This document shows positions 26,277 to 36,009 of a stretch of 64,000 bases of DNA, piece by piece (positions within the stretch are counted from its first letter, which is position 1; the number at the start of each line of letters is the position of its first letter). The stretch lies in NCBI GenBank assembly GCA_902629855.1, contig CACOSI010000003.1, positions 6,966-70,965 of the forward strand, read 5' to 3'. Under the pieces are notes generated by a model that saw only the letters and a program-made list of their open reading frames with translations, made no database searches and was not told the DNA's origin. This DNA is from an uncultured Fidelibacterota bacterium. GTDB lineage: Bacteria; Fidelibacterota; Marinisomatia; Marinisomatales; Marinisomataceae. Made by a program: the position numbers and the translations under genes.

Positions 26277-27902
26277 TTGAAATTACCTTTAAATATACCT
26301 AGGTTAAGGTTTCATTTTTGGGGAGAAAATAACATTTTAAAATTTTCAAAAGATATTTCAGTTGAGGGAAAAAAAATTTTTTCAGAAGAAGCGAATGCTT
26401 TATTAGAAAAAGTTCATTTAAAATTTAACCGTGAAATCGACTCACTCCTCGAACAAAGAGTAGAGTATCAAGAGAAAGTAAATTCAGGAATTTTACCTGA
26501 TTTTTTAAGCGAAACGGAAGAAATAAGAAACTCTTCTTGGAAAGTAAGACCTATCCCTGAAAATCTTTTAAATCGTAAAGTTGAAATTACTGGTCCAGTT
26601 GACAGAAAAATGATTATTAACGCATTAAACGCTAATGTTAATGTATTTATGGCAGATTTTGAAGATTCTCTTTCACCAACCTGGAAAAATATTGAAAATG
26701 GCTTAATTAATATGAGGGATGCAGCTCACAGAACAATTACGTTCAATCACCCTGTTAAAAATAAGCTATATACTTTAAATGAAGATCCAGCTACGCTTAT
26801 GTGTAGAGTAAGAGGACTACATTTAAAAGAAAAACATATTTCATGTAATGAAACTCAACTTTATGGAGCACTAGTAGATTTTGTTATGTATTTATATCAT
26901 AATCATTCAGTTTTAGAGCGATTTGGTTTGGGACCATATTTTTATATTCCAAAGTTACAATCATATAAAGAAGCAAAATTATGGAGTGAAATTATTTCAT
27001 ATTGCGAAGACGAATTAAAATTAGAAAGAGGTACAGTTAGAGTCACTCTTTTAATTGAAACACTTCCAGCTGTTTTTCAAATGGAAGAAATTCTTTATCA
27101 TTTAAAAGACCATATTATTGGTCTTAATTGTGGAAGATGGGATTACATTTTTAGTTTTATAAAAACATTAAAGAATTATCCTGAAAAAATACTTCCAGAT
27201 AGAAATTTAGTTACAATGAATCAACCATTTCTAACTGCTTATTCGTCATTACTTGTCAATACATGTCACAAAAGAGGTGCTTTTGCTATGGGTGGAATGG
27301 CTGCATTTGTACCATCAAAAGACCAAGTTGAAAATGACTTAATATTACAGAAAGTCAGAAATGATAAAATGTTTGAAATTAGAAATGGGCATGATGGAAC
27401 CTGGATTGCGCACCCAGGTTTAGCAAATTATGTAAACGACATTTTTGATAATGAGATTGGTTCAAAAAAGAATCAAATTGATTTTCAGAAAGATATACAA
27501 ATCTCATCTAGTCAACTATTAAACGGTTGTAAAGGTGCAAGTACTGAAGAATGCTTAAGATCTAATATTCGTATTTCGTTAAAGTATATCGAAGCATGGA
27601 TATCAGGATTAGGATGCGTTGCAATTTATGGATTGATGGAAGATGCTGCTACAGCAGAAATTTCTAGAACATCTATTTGGCAATGGATTAAAAATAGAAA
27701 TATTTTAAGCAATGGGAAGGTTGTAGATGAAGAATTATTTAAATTATGTTTAGAGGAAGAGATTAAAAATGTAAAGAAAGAAATTGGTGATGATTCATTT
27801 CATTTAGGAAAATTTGAAAGAGCAAAATCAATTTTTGAGGATATAACTCTATCTGATGAAGTAGATGAATTTTTAACATTAAAAGCATATGAGGAACTAT
27901 AA
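26277..27902 (+). CDS. aceB: Malate synthase A
   Basis: Long collinear identity with E. coli AceB, e.g. [77 protein letters not shown]. The only available start is TTG, 8 nt after the MFS stop. Confidence 0.95.
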   Translation: MKLPLNIPRLRFHFWGENNILKFSKDISVEGKKIFSEEANALLEKVHLKFNREIDSLLEQRVEYQEKVNSGILPDFLSETEEIRNSSWKVRPIPENLLNRKVEITGPVDRKMIINALNANVNVFMADFEDSLSPTWKNIENGLINMRDAAHRTITFNHPVKNKLYTLNEDPATLMCRVRGLHLKEKHISCNETQLYGALVDFVMYLYHNHSVLERFGLGPYFYIPKLQSYKEAKLWSEIISYCEDELKLERGTVRVTLLIETLPAVFQMEEILYHLKDHIIGLNCGRWDYIFSFIKTLKNYPEKILPDRNLVTMNQPFLTAYSSLLVNTCHKRGAFAMGGMAAFVPSKDQVENDLILQKVRNDKMFEIRNGHDGTWIAHPGLANYVNDIFDNEIGSKKNQIDFQKDIQISSSQLLNGCKGASTEECLRSNIRISLKYIEAWISGLGCVAIYGLMEDAATAEISRTSIWQWIKNRNILSNGKVVDEELFKLCLEEEIKNVKKEIGDDSFHLGKFERAKSIFEDITLSDEVDEFLTLKAYEEL

Positions 27903-29179
27903 TGAATTTGAATGAGCAAGTACAAGATTTAAAAAATGATTGGGAGATGAATGAAAGATGGACTTATGTAAAAAGACCATACTCTGCTGAAGAAGTTGTT
28001 AAGCTTAGAGGCTCATTACAGCCTGAATACACCTTAGCAAGAGTGGGTGCTGAAAAGCTCTGGAGGATGCTTCACAACGAAGATTATGTTCATTGTTTAG
28101 GAACATTAAGTGGAGGACAAGCTGTACAAGGTGTCAAAGCTGGTGCAAAAGCAATATATGTTTCGGGTTGGCAAGTGGCTGCTGACAATAACAATGCAGA
28201 AGCAATGTACCCTGATCAGTCTTTATATCCTGCTGACTCTGTTCCTTCTTTAGTTAAAAGAATTAATAGCTCATTTAAAAGAGCTGATCAGATTGAGTGG
28301 ATGAATACAAATGGGGAACCCAACTTTGATTTTTTCACCCCAATTGTTGCTGATGCTGAAGCTGGATTTGGTGGTGTTCTTAATGCATTTGAACTTATGA
28401 AAAGCATGATCAAGGCTGGTGCAGCAGGAGTCCACTTTGAAGATCAACTTGCTAGCGTCAAAAAGTGTGGTCACATGGGGGGAAAAGTATTAGTACCTAC
28501 ACAAGAAGCTATTAATAAACTTGTTTCAGCTAGATTAGCTGCCGATGTTTTGAATGTTCCAACTTTACTTGTTGCTAGAACTGATGCCAATGCAGCAGAA
28601 TTATTAACATCAGATGTTGACGAGAGAGATGCTGAATTTGTCACAGGAGAGAGAACCTCAGAGGGATTTTATCGAGTGAAATCAGGAATTGATCAAGCTA
28701 TTTCAAGAGGTTTATCTTACGCTCCATATTCAGACTTGTTATGGTGTGAAACAGGAAAACCAAACTTAGAAGAGGCAAAACATTTTGCTGAATCAATTAA
28801 AAAGGATCACCCTGAATTAATGTTAGCTTATAATTGTTCTCCATCATTTAATTGGAGAGCTAATTTAGATGATGCTACAATTGCAAAATTTCAGAGGGAA
28901 CTAGGTGCTATGGGATATAAATTTCAATTTATAACTTTAGCTGGCATACATTCAATGTGGCATGGTATGTTTGATCTAACAAGAAAATACATGAAAGATG
29001 GAATGACAGCATATGTTGAACTTCAAGAAAAAGAGTTTTCTGATCAAGATAAGGGTTATACCTTTTCAGCTCATCAGCAAGAGGTTGGTACAGGATATTT
29101 TGATGCTGTAAATAATTGTATAATGGGAGATTCAAATACCAGTGCAATGAGTGGTTCAACAGAAGAAGAACAATTCTAA
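27902..29179 (+). CDS. aceA: Isocitrate lyase
   Basis: KKCGHMGGK catalytic motif with the flanking ICL pattern. ATAATG overlap with aceB. Confidence 0.95.
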   Translation: MNLNEQVQDLKNDWEMNERWTYVKRPYSAEEVVKLRGSLQPEYTLARVGAEKLWRMLHNEDYVHCLGTLSGGQAVQGVKAGAKAIYVSGWQVAADNNNAEAMYPDQSLYPADSVPSLVKRINSSFKRADQIEWMNTNGEPNFDFFTPIVADAEAGFGGVLNAFELMKSMIKAGAAGVHFEDQLASVKKCGHMGGKVLVPTQEAINKLVSARLAADVLNVPTLLVARTDANAAELLTSDVDERDAEFVTGERTSEGFYRVKSGIDQAISRGLSYAPYSDLLWCETGKPNLEEAKHFAESIKKDHPELMLAYNCSPSFNWRANLDDATIAKFQRELGAMGYKFQFITLAGIHSMWHGMFDLTRKYMKDGMTAYVELQEKEFSDQDKGYTFSAHQQEVGTGYFDAVNNCIMGDSNTSAMSGSTEEEQF

Positions 29180-29234
29180 TAATTTTTTGAAATAAAGTTT
29201 AAAAAAAAGTATCTTTTTTCTTTAAATTATCCTC

Positions 29235-29627
29235 GTGAATACTATATCAGAATACTCAGAGCTAGTTCAACCTAACCATATTAATACAGCTGGTACACTT
29301 TTTGGTGGATATATGCTTGCCTGGTTAGATCTTGCAGCAGCAAAAGCATCATCGGAATTCCTTGAGAAAACAGATGCATGGGGTGCTGTTACAAGAGCTT
29401 TGGATAAAGTTGAATTTAGAGAACCTGTTTTTTTGGGTGATTGGGTAAAATGTAAATCAACTGTCATTGGTACTGGTTCTACTTCAGTAAAAATTCAAGT
29501 GAAAGCTTATGCTGAAAGTAAAGAACATGGTAAAAGACTGGCATGTACCGCAGATATAACTTTTGTTGCAGTTGTTAAAGATAGTGAAGGAAAATTAAAA
29601 AGTTTTAAACATAACTTAAAAGTCTAA
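29235..29627 (+). CDS. Acyl-CoA thioesterase (YciA/Acot-like hotdog fold)
   Basis: VQPNHINTAGTLFGGYMLAWLDLAAA motif. GTG start. Confidence 0.8.
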   Translation: MNTISEYSELVQPNHINTAGTLFGGYMLAWLDLAAAKASSEFLEKTDAWGAVTRALDKVEFREPVFLGDWVKCKSTVIGTGSTSVKIQVKAYAESKEHGKRLACTADITFVAVVKDSEGKLKSFKHNLKV

Positions 29628-29637
29628 AGGAAAAGAA

Positions 29638-31077
29638 ATGGCACATATAAAAAAATTAAATTTTTTAAAAAATCATAAAGATTTAAATGATGAAAAGTTC
29701 GGAATGGTAGCTGTACCGACATTTTCTGATAAAATGGATAAAGATTTAAAAGCATTATTTGAATCTCAAAATAAAACTGGTAAGGTGGGAGAGCTTGCTT
29801 TTGAAATTGATAGCAACTCTAGAATTGTTTATTATGGTTTGGGACATTCATCAAAGAAAACACCAGAAAATTTTAGAAGAGCTGCGGGGGAGATTATCAC
29901 TTATGCAATCAATAATAAGTATGATGAAGTAGCAGTTGAATGTCCGATAACAGATGAAGGTGAATATTATTGCCAAGCATTCTCTGAAGGACTGATCTTA
30001 TCAAGTTATAGATTTTTAAACTACTTAACTGACGAAAGAGGTAAATATCATTTAAAATCAATTACAATGGTTGGATCTTGCAATGAAGATGCAGCAAAGA
30101 AAGGAGCTATTATTGCTAGCGCTGTTTGCGATTCACGAGACTTAGGAAACCATCCTGGAAATATAGCTACACCATCAAAATTAGCTAATTTTGCTAAAGA
30201 GGTTGGAAAAAAAGGTGGAATGAAAGTTACCATTTTTGATAGAGAAGAATTTACAAAAATGGGAATGGGATCTTTTGCAGGAGTAGCTCAAGGAACAAAC
30301 GAGCCTCCAAAATTTATTATAATGGAATATAATGGTGGAAAAAAAGAAGAGAAACCGGTTATCCTAGTAGGCAAGGGTTTGACTTTTGATACTGGTGGAG
30401 TTTCCTTGAAGCCTGGCCTTAATATGGATCAAATGAAATTCGATATGTGCGGTTCAGCAGTTGTTTTTGGTGCGATGAATGCAATAGCAAGCTTGAAACC
30501 AAAAATGAATGTTGTCGCAATTGTTCCGTCAACACATAATATGCTTGGTGGTTCTGCCATAAGACCAGGAGATATTCTAACAGCTTATAACGGTAAAACA
30601 ATAGAAGTATTAAATACAGATGCTGAAGGAAGACTTATTTTGGCAGATGCACTATCATATGCTAGCAAGCATTATGATCCGGAATATATTTTAGATTTTG
30701 CAACTTTAACTGGTGCCGTTGTCATAACACTTGGTCATATAGCTACTGGTTTAATGAGTAATAATGAAACTTTAGTAGAGAATATTAAAGTTTCATCTGA
30801 TAATACTGGTGAGCATGTGTGGCAACTTCCTTTATGGGATGAATATTGCGATCAAGTAAAATCTGACGTTGCTGATGTCAAAAATCTTGGATCTCCCGGG
30901 CAAGCTGGCACTATTGCTGGTGCAGCATTTTTAAAAGCCTTTGTTGGAAAAGATATTCCATGGGCACATTTCGATGTAGCAGGTACTTCTTATAAAGTTG
31001 AAAATAGAAGTTATATTCAAAAAAATAGTGCTTCCGGACAGGTAATTAGACTAGTACTTGATCTGCTTGGAGCGTAA
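29638..31077 (+). CDS. pepA: Leucyl aminopeptidase (M17)
   Basis: VGKGLTFDTGG, MKFDMCGSA and NTDAEGRLILAD metal-binding motifs. Confidence 0.93.
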   Translation: MAHIKKLNFLKNHKDLNDEKFGMVAVPTFSDKMDKDLKALFESQNKTGKVGELAFEIDSNSRIVYYGLGHSSKKTPENFRRAAGEIITYAINNKYDEVAVECPITDEGEYYCQAFSEGLILSSYRFLNYLTDERGKYHLKSITMVGSCNEDAAKKGAIIASAVCDSRDLGNHPGNIATPSKLANFAKEVGKKGGMKVTIFDREEFTKMGMGSFAGVAQGTNEPPKFIIMEYNGGKKEEKPVILVGKGLTFDTGGVSLKPGLNMDQMKFDMCGSAVVFGAMNAIASLKPKMNVVAIVPSTHNMLGGSAIRPGDILTAYNGKTIEVLNTDAEGRLILADALSYASKHYDPEYILDFATLTGAVVITLGHIATGLMSNNETLVENIKVSSDNTGEHVWQLPLWDEYCDQVKSDVADVKNLGSPGQAGTIAGAAFLKAFVGKDIPWAHFDVAGTSYKVENRSYIQKNSASGQVIRLVLDLLGA

Positions 31078-31301
31078 TGAATAAACTAAAAATTGTTAAT
31101 TCTTTACAATTTTTTATTCAGCTACTAACAGCACTTTTTTTATTATACTTTACTATTAATTCTGATAATCCTGAGAGAATAATAATACCAATTTTATTGT
31201 TATTAGCTTGGACATTAGGTTTTTATCAAAGAAGAATAACAAGAAGAAGAGTAAATCGACTAAGAGATACAGATAAAGAAGATATTCTTAGGGAAGGTTA
31301 A
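31077..31301 (+). CDS. Hypothetical small membrane protein (2 TM, Arg-rich tail)
   Basis: 74-aa ORF with a TAATG overlap with pepA. Two hydrophobic helices followed by RRITRRRVNRLRD. No family recognised. Confidence 0.45.
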   Translation: MNKLKIVNSLQFFIQLLTALFLLYFTINSDNPERIIIPILLLLAWTLGFYQRRITRRRVNRLRDTDKEDILREG

Positions 31302-31302
31302 A

Positions 31303-32016
31303 ATGAATGAATTATTTAAAAATGATATAGATTTAGATCAAAAAAATCATAGATACATTTTAGCAGAGAATCCTAAGTTTAGTTTCCAAAGCGTTACAGA
31401 ATTTATTCATCTTTTTTTTGAAAAGTTTGATAAGCAAAGAGTGGCACAAAAATTAATTAATACTAATCCAAAATACAGTGGCAAAACAATTGATCAAGTT
31501 ATTAAAGATTGGAGCAAAGGAGCAGAGAGAGGAACAATTGTTCATAACGAACTTGAAATGTTTATCAAAAAAAATCAAGATCCTAAGCATAAAATGTCAA
31601 TTTTGGGAGCCAATTGGGTTAAAGAAAAGCAAAAAAATCCTAACAATACTTTTTATTCAGAAGTAATTGTTTTTTCAAAAGAGCTAGGTATCGCAGGAAC
31701 TATTGATGTTTTGGTTTATAATAGTGAACAGGATATGTACCATTTAGTAGATTGGAAAACGAATAAAAGAATTGATAAAAATTCTTTTAGAAATAAGAAG
31801 GGGATAATGGAGTCATCAAAGCACCTTGATGACTGTAATTTCAATCATTATTCACTTCAATTGACATTTTATAGATATATTCTTGAAAGATATTATGGTC
31901 TTGAAGTTGGTAGTCAAACATTATTTCATTTAAAAGATAACAGTTATGAAATTTTTAATGTTGAATACAAAAGTGAAGAACTAATAAGTATGCTTCGAGA
32001 AAAGGAATTAATTTAG
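31303..32016 (+). CDS. PD-(D/E)XK nuclease superfamily protein (RecB/phage exonuclease type)
   Basis: Ordered motifs GTIVHNELE, IAGTIDVL, LVDWKTNK (D..D/ExK) and YSLQLTFY (QxxxY). No Fe-S cysteines. Confidence 0.7.
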   Translation: MNELFKNDIDLDQKNHRYILAENPKFSFQSVTEFIHLFFEKFDKQRVAQKLINTNPKYSGKTIDQVIKDWSKGAERGTIVHNELEMFIKKNQDPKHKMSILGANWVKEKQKNPNNTFYSEVIVFSKELGIAGTIDVLVYNSEQDMYHLVDWKTNKRIDKNSFRNKKGIMESSKHLDDCNFNHYSLQLTFYRYILERYYGLEVGSQTLFHLKDNSYEIFNVEYKSEELISMLREKELI

Positions 32017-32601
32017 TATAAAGTATAATAGATCTATAAAAGTATAAGTAAATATATAGCCTATCACTTCTAATAAAACACCATTAATTCTTTTAATTTT
32101 TATATTAACCCTATCAGATGTTATAGGTTTTTTATACTTAAAGATGTTTGGAATTAACCTCGGAGTTGAGCGCACATAATCATCAAAAAGTTCCCCATGT
32201 ATATCTCTCAATTTCCTTTCTTCATTCGCAATCGTTGGAACATGAAAAACTATAAAAATTAAAATTAAACCAATTGGCAGAAATAAAGATTTTAAAGCGA
32301 AACAAAAACCAATTAAGATCATCAGACTAAAAAAATATAATGGATTTCTTACCATCATGAATGGCCCATTTGTAATTAAATTTTTTGTCTTGTTTCCCTC
32401 AATGTAAAGTGATGCCCAGATTCTACCAAAACACCCAAAAATCAGTAAAATAAATCCAATAACACTGAATTGTAAAGATTGCTCTACACTAAGTTCTAAT
32501 GTAAATGCTCTAAATTCTATAAAAAAATATGAAAGCAAAGCCAATGAGATTATTGATACCCTTAGAAATAACATTCTTTTTCTAGCAATAGCGCTTATCA
32601 T
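32008..32601 (-). CDS. Isoprenylcysteine carboxyl methyltransferase / phospholipid methyltransferase-like membrane protein
   Basis: ITNGPFMMVRNPLYFFSL ... EERKLRDIHGELFDDYVRSTPRLIP fits the ICMT/PEMT pattern. 4-5 TM. Its start abuts the Gp157-like stop. Confidence 0.65.
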   Translation of the reverse strand: MISAIARKRMLFLRVSIISLALLSYFFIEFRAFTLELSVEQSLQFSVIGFILLIFGCFGRIWASLYIEGNKTKNLITNGPFMMVRNPLYFFSLMILIGFCFALKSLFLPIGLILIFIVFHVPTIANEERKLRDIHGELFDDYVRSTPRLIPNIFKYKKPITSDRVNIKIKRINGVLLEVIGYIFTYTFIDLLYFILN

Positions 32602-33093
32602 TTACTTTATGTTAACCCTTTTTTCTTGAATTAGCTCACATCCTGGAACTTCTATTCCATTTTTAAGCTGTTCTTTAATTTTTTCTTTATTAACAACCTT
32701 ATTTTCTTTGAATAAAAAATATTTTTCTGGAATTAAATCTTCATTTAAGATATTTAACTTTATTGGATTTTTATAAATGGAAATAACAATATCTTCACTT
32801 TCAATTTTTTCAGTATTTGTCTTTTCAAGGTTATCTTTAAGATAGTCTTTAAGTCTATCAATTTTTTTCTCTAAAGAATTTCTTCTTTCTTTTTGATTAT
32901 TTTCTATCTCTTTAATACCACTTACTAAATGTTCAAGATTTCGAATATATTTTGCAACATTTGTTGATTTAAATTTGAATTCACCTTCAATTTTCTCAAT
33001 ATTATCAATTAAATTAGAATCTTCATGATCTAAGAGATTTTCTAAAGCTTGCTCAAATTCATTTGCAATATCGTAGAGTGATGATTTTGACAT
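32602..33093 (-). CDS. Siphovirus Gp157-family protein (phage-derived)
   Basis: Collinear with my recollection of the Sipho_Gp157 profile. SLYDI..., IEGEFKFKSTNVAKYIRNLE, the coiled-coil KERRNSLEKKIDRLKDYLKDNLEKT, SIYKNPIKLNILNEDLIPEKY, and LKNGIEVPGCELIQEKRVNI. Confidence 0.65.
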   Translation of the reverse strand: MSKSSLYDIANEFEQALENLLDHEDSNLIDNIEKIEGEFKFKSTNVAKYIRNLEHLVSGIKEIENNQKERRNSLEKKIDRLKDYLKDNLEKTNTEKIESEDIVISIYKNPIKLNILNEDLIPEKYFLFKENKVVNKEKIKEQLKNGIEVPGCELIQEKRVNIK

Positions 33094-33127
33094 CTTTTAA
33101 TATATATAGAGAATTTTTATAAAAAAA

Positions 33128-34516
33128 TTATAATTCTTTTACTTCTTTAAGTAAATCATTGAGCATATCTTTTGCGTCACCGAAAACCATAATGGAATTA
33201 TCATAACCAAATAATTCGTTCTGAACACCAGCGAATCCAGGATTCATACTTCTTTTATTTATGATTACAGTTCTAGATTTATCGACATTTAATATAGGCA
33301 TGCCGTAAATTGGACTTGCTTGATCATGTCTCGCTGCAGGATTCACAACATCATTTGCACCAAGAATTAATGCAACATCACAATCTTCAAATTCAGGATT
33401 AACTTCATCTAAATCTTTCAGAACATCATAAGATACATTTGCTTCAGCTAATAAAACATTCATATGTCCAGGCATTCTTCCAGCAACAGGATGAATAGCA
33501 TATAAAACTTTTTTGCCCATTGCTTCAAGTGTTTCTGCAACTTCTCTTGCAACATGCTGGGCTTGGGCAACTGCTAAACCATATCCTGGTACAATGATAA
33601 TTTTTTCTGCGGCATCTAGAATCATTGCTGCTTCAGTAGTAGAGTAGCTTTTAATGCTCATTTCTTTACCATCAGAACTACCTACTGACGATTCTGCGCC
33701 TACTGCTCCAAAAATAACATTAGCAAGAGAACGATTCATGCCTTTACACATTATATTTGTTAATATTAAACCTGATGCACCTACAAGAGAACCACTGATT
33801 ATTAGTGCGTTATTGCTGATCAAAAAGCCAGTCGCAGCAGCTGCTATACCAGAATAAGAATTTAATAGGGAAATGACTACCGGCATATCTGCACCACCAA
33901 TTGGAATTGTAAGACCTATTCCAAGAATTAATGCTAAGACTACTACAACAAAAAATGCGTTTAAATATCCAATATAAATTGAAGAATCAAATATTAATCC
34001 AGGAGCTAAGATCATTACGACTGCGAGAAAAGCAATGACAGCATTAATCAATTGTTGACCTTTAAATGTAACAGCTTTTCCTGAAATAAATCCTTGTAGT
34101 TTTCCGAAAGCAACAAAACTTCCTGTAAATGTCAATGCACCGATAAAAACACTTAAACAAACTATTATGAATGGGCTTTCAGGCTTTGATAAAAATTCAG
34201 ACGAAGCAACAAATGCTGATGCAGCACCGCCTAAGCCGTTAAAAATTGCAACCATTTGAGGCATTTCTGTCATTTGTACTCTTGTTGCAAATATTATACC
34301 TATTACTGCTCCAACCAAAACACCGCCAATAATTAATGAGAAATCAAATTCTCTTCCTGGATAAGTTAAAGTCGCAACTATAGCAATTAGCATTCCAATG
34401 GATGATAATAAATTTCCACTCCTAGCAGTTTTCGGATGCGATAGTCTCTTAATACCCATAATAAAGGCTATGGCTGAAAAGAGATATAGTATATTTGTTA
34501 TTTGTATTTGCTCCAT
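33128..34516 (-). CDS. pntB: NAD(P) transhydrogenase subunit beta
   Basis: Membrane domain plus C-terminal NADP(H)-binding domain (VPGYGLAVAQAQH, GANDVVNPAA, GVQNELF). Confidence 0.95.
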   Translation of the reverse strand: MEQIQITNILYLFSAIAFIMGIKRLSHPKTARSGNLLSSIGMLIAIVATLTYPGREFDFSLIIGGVLVGAVIGIIFATRVQMTEMPQMVAIFNGLGGAASAFVASSEFLSKPESPFIIVCLSVFIGALTFTGSFVAFGKLQGFISGKAVTFKGQQLINAVIAFLAVVMILAPGLIFDSSIYIGYLNAFFVVVVLALILGIGLTIPIGGADMPVVISLLNSYSGIAAAATGFLISNNALIISGSLVGASGLILTNIMCKGMNRSLANVIFGAVGAESSVGSSDGKEMSIKSYSTTEAAMILDAAEKIIIVPGYGLAVAQAQHVAREVAETLEAMGKKVLYAIHPVAGRMPGHMNVLLAEANVSYDVLKDLDEVNPEFEDCDVALILGANDVVNPAARHDQASPIYGMPILNVDKSRTVIINKRSMNPGFAGVQNELFGYDNSIMVFGDAKDMLNDLLKEVKEL

Positions 34517-34517
34517 T

Positions 34518-34799
34518 TTATTTCTTCTTAAACATTTTTAACATTCTATCAGTTACTAAAAAACCACCTACAACATTTATAGTTGCACAAATAAGTGCAG
34601 CTAAACCGACGTATTTACTCACATCACCAGCATCAACTAAAATCGCAAGGATTGCTCCAACGATTGCAATTCCAGATATTGCATTAGATCCTGACATAAG
34701 AGGCGTGTGTAAAGTAGGTGGTACTTTGTTAATTATTTCGTTACCAACAAAAACAGCGAGTATAAAAATTGTAATTAAACTTACAATATCAATTTGCAT
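34518..34799 (-). CDS. pntAB: NAD(P) transhydrogenase subunit alpha part 2 (membrane segment)
   Basis: 93 aa, 3 TM. HTPLMSGSNAISGI motif. Sandwiched between pntAA and pntB. Confidence 0.9.
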   Translation of the reverse strand: MQIDIVSLITIFILAVFVGNEIINKVPPTLHTPLMSGSNAISGIAIVGAILAILVDAGDVSKYVGLAALICATINVVGGFLVTDRMLKMFKKK

Positions 34800-35920
34800 T
34801 ACATGGCCTCCTTCGTTGGCTGATGGCGTAGTTCACCATTTTCAATGAAAAGCATTCCATCAATAATTTCATCTTCTTTATTCAATTTAAATCCTTCTTC
34901 AGTATGACAATGATCAATTATTGCCTCAATATTTTTTGAAAATAATTGGCTAGAATGGAATGCCATAGTACTTGGAAGATTCGCGTTTCCATCGATTAAT
35001 ACACCATTATGATTAACGATCTCATTTTCTTTGGTTAACTCACAATTACCACCGTTTTCAGCAGCTAGATCCATAATGACTGATCCTGGATTCATGGTTT
35101 CAACCATATCCTGAGGAATTAACATTGGAGCAGGTCTATTTGGTATTAGTGCAGTTGTAATAACAATATCTGATTTTCCTACTCTTTCTTTCATTAATTC
35201 TTGTTGTTTAGCTTTGTATTCATCGCTTGTCTCTGACGCATAACCACCAGAACCTACACCATCACTTGATTCACTGTCAACTTCAACAAATTTAGCACCT
35301 AAACTTTCAACTTGCTCTTTTACTTCTGGTCTTACGTCAAATGCTTCTACTTGAGCACCAAGTCTTTTAGCCGTAGCAATTGCTTGAAGACCAGCAACTC
35401 CAGCTCCAATAACTAAAGTTCTTGACGGTGAAATAGTCCCTGCAGCAGTCATAAGCAATGGCATATATTTTCCAATATGATTTGATGCAATTAGAACAGC
35501 CTTGTAGCCAGCTATGTTAGCTTGAGAACTAAGCACATCCATTTTTTGAGCTAAGGTAGTTCTCGGTAATAAGTTTAAAGAAAAAGCTGATATTTTTTGA
35601 CTTGCTAAATTACGAACACAATCAATTTCTTTTATTGTTTGAATCAAAGAAATAAAAAGGGTTCCTGGTTTCATTGATGAAATTTCGTCTTCTGCAGGAG
35701 AATTAACTTTACATACAATATCACATTCAAAAATAGAATTTTTATCTACAATGGATGCTCCAGCGTTTGAATAATCGTTATCAGAATAGTTTGATAATAT
35801 ACCAGCACCATTTTCGACAAAAAATTCATAACCTTTTTTTGAAAGTGCGGAAACAGATGAAGGAACAATTGCCACCCTTTTTTCACCAAACTTATTTTCT
35901 TTTAAAATTCCAATTTTCAT
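34799..35920 (-). CDS. pntAA: NAD(P) transhydrogenase subunit alpha part 1 (NAD(H)-binding dI)
   Basis: EKRVAIVPS, LVIGAGVAGLQAIATAKRLGA Rossmann loop. Alanine-dehydrogenase-like fold layout. Confidence 0.93.
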   Translation of the reverse strand: MKIGILKENKFGEKRVAIVPSSVSALSKKGYEFFVENGAGILSNYSDNDYSNAGASIVDKNSIFECDIVCKVNSPAEDEISSMKPGTLFISLIQTIKEIDCVRNLASQKISAFSLNLLPRTTLAQKMDVLSSQANIAGYKAVLIASNHIGKYMPLLMTAAGTISPSRTLVIGAGVAGLQAIATAKRLGAQVEAFDVRPEVKEQVESLGAKFVEVDSESSDGVGSGGYASETSDEYKAKQQELMKERVGKSDIVITTALIPNRPAPMLIPQDMVETMNPGSVIMDLAAENGGNCELTKENEIVNHNGVLIDGNANLPSTMAFHSSQLFSKNIEAIIDHCHTEEGFKLNKEDEIIDGMLFIENGELRHQPTKEAM

Positions 35921-36009
35921 AGCTATAAAATCGAGGTAAAATTAAGCAATTCATAATAATCATCAAGAACTTTATTAATATTAAAATATTTTTTTTGCTA
36001 AATTGATAT

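Noticed and set aside
26269-26345. Glycine riboswitch or leader upstream of malate synthase, as known in some marine bacteria
   Set aside because: Only 8 nt separate the MFS stop from the sole in-frame start, and the next 70 nt are open in the aceB frame. There is no space or structure for a riboswitch.
31478-31666. 62-aa + ORF inside the nuclease gene
   Set aside because: It is an alternative frame of the PD-(D/E)XK ORF with a Lys-rich, low-complexity translation. The main frame carries the ordered nuclease motifs.
34495-34848. 117-aa + strand ORF
   Set aside because: Antisense to pntB/pntAB/pntAA junctions, which are strongly supported, and no motifs.
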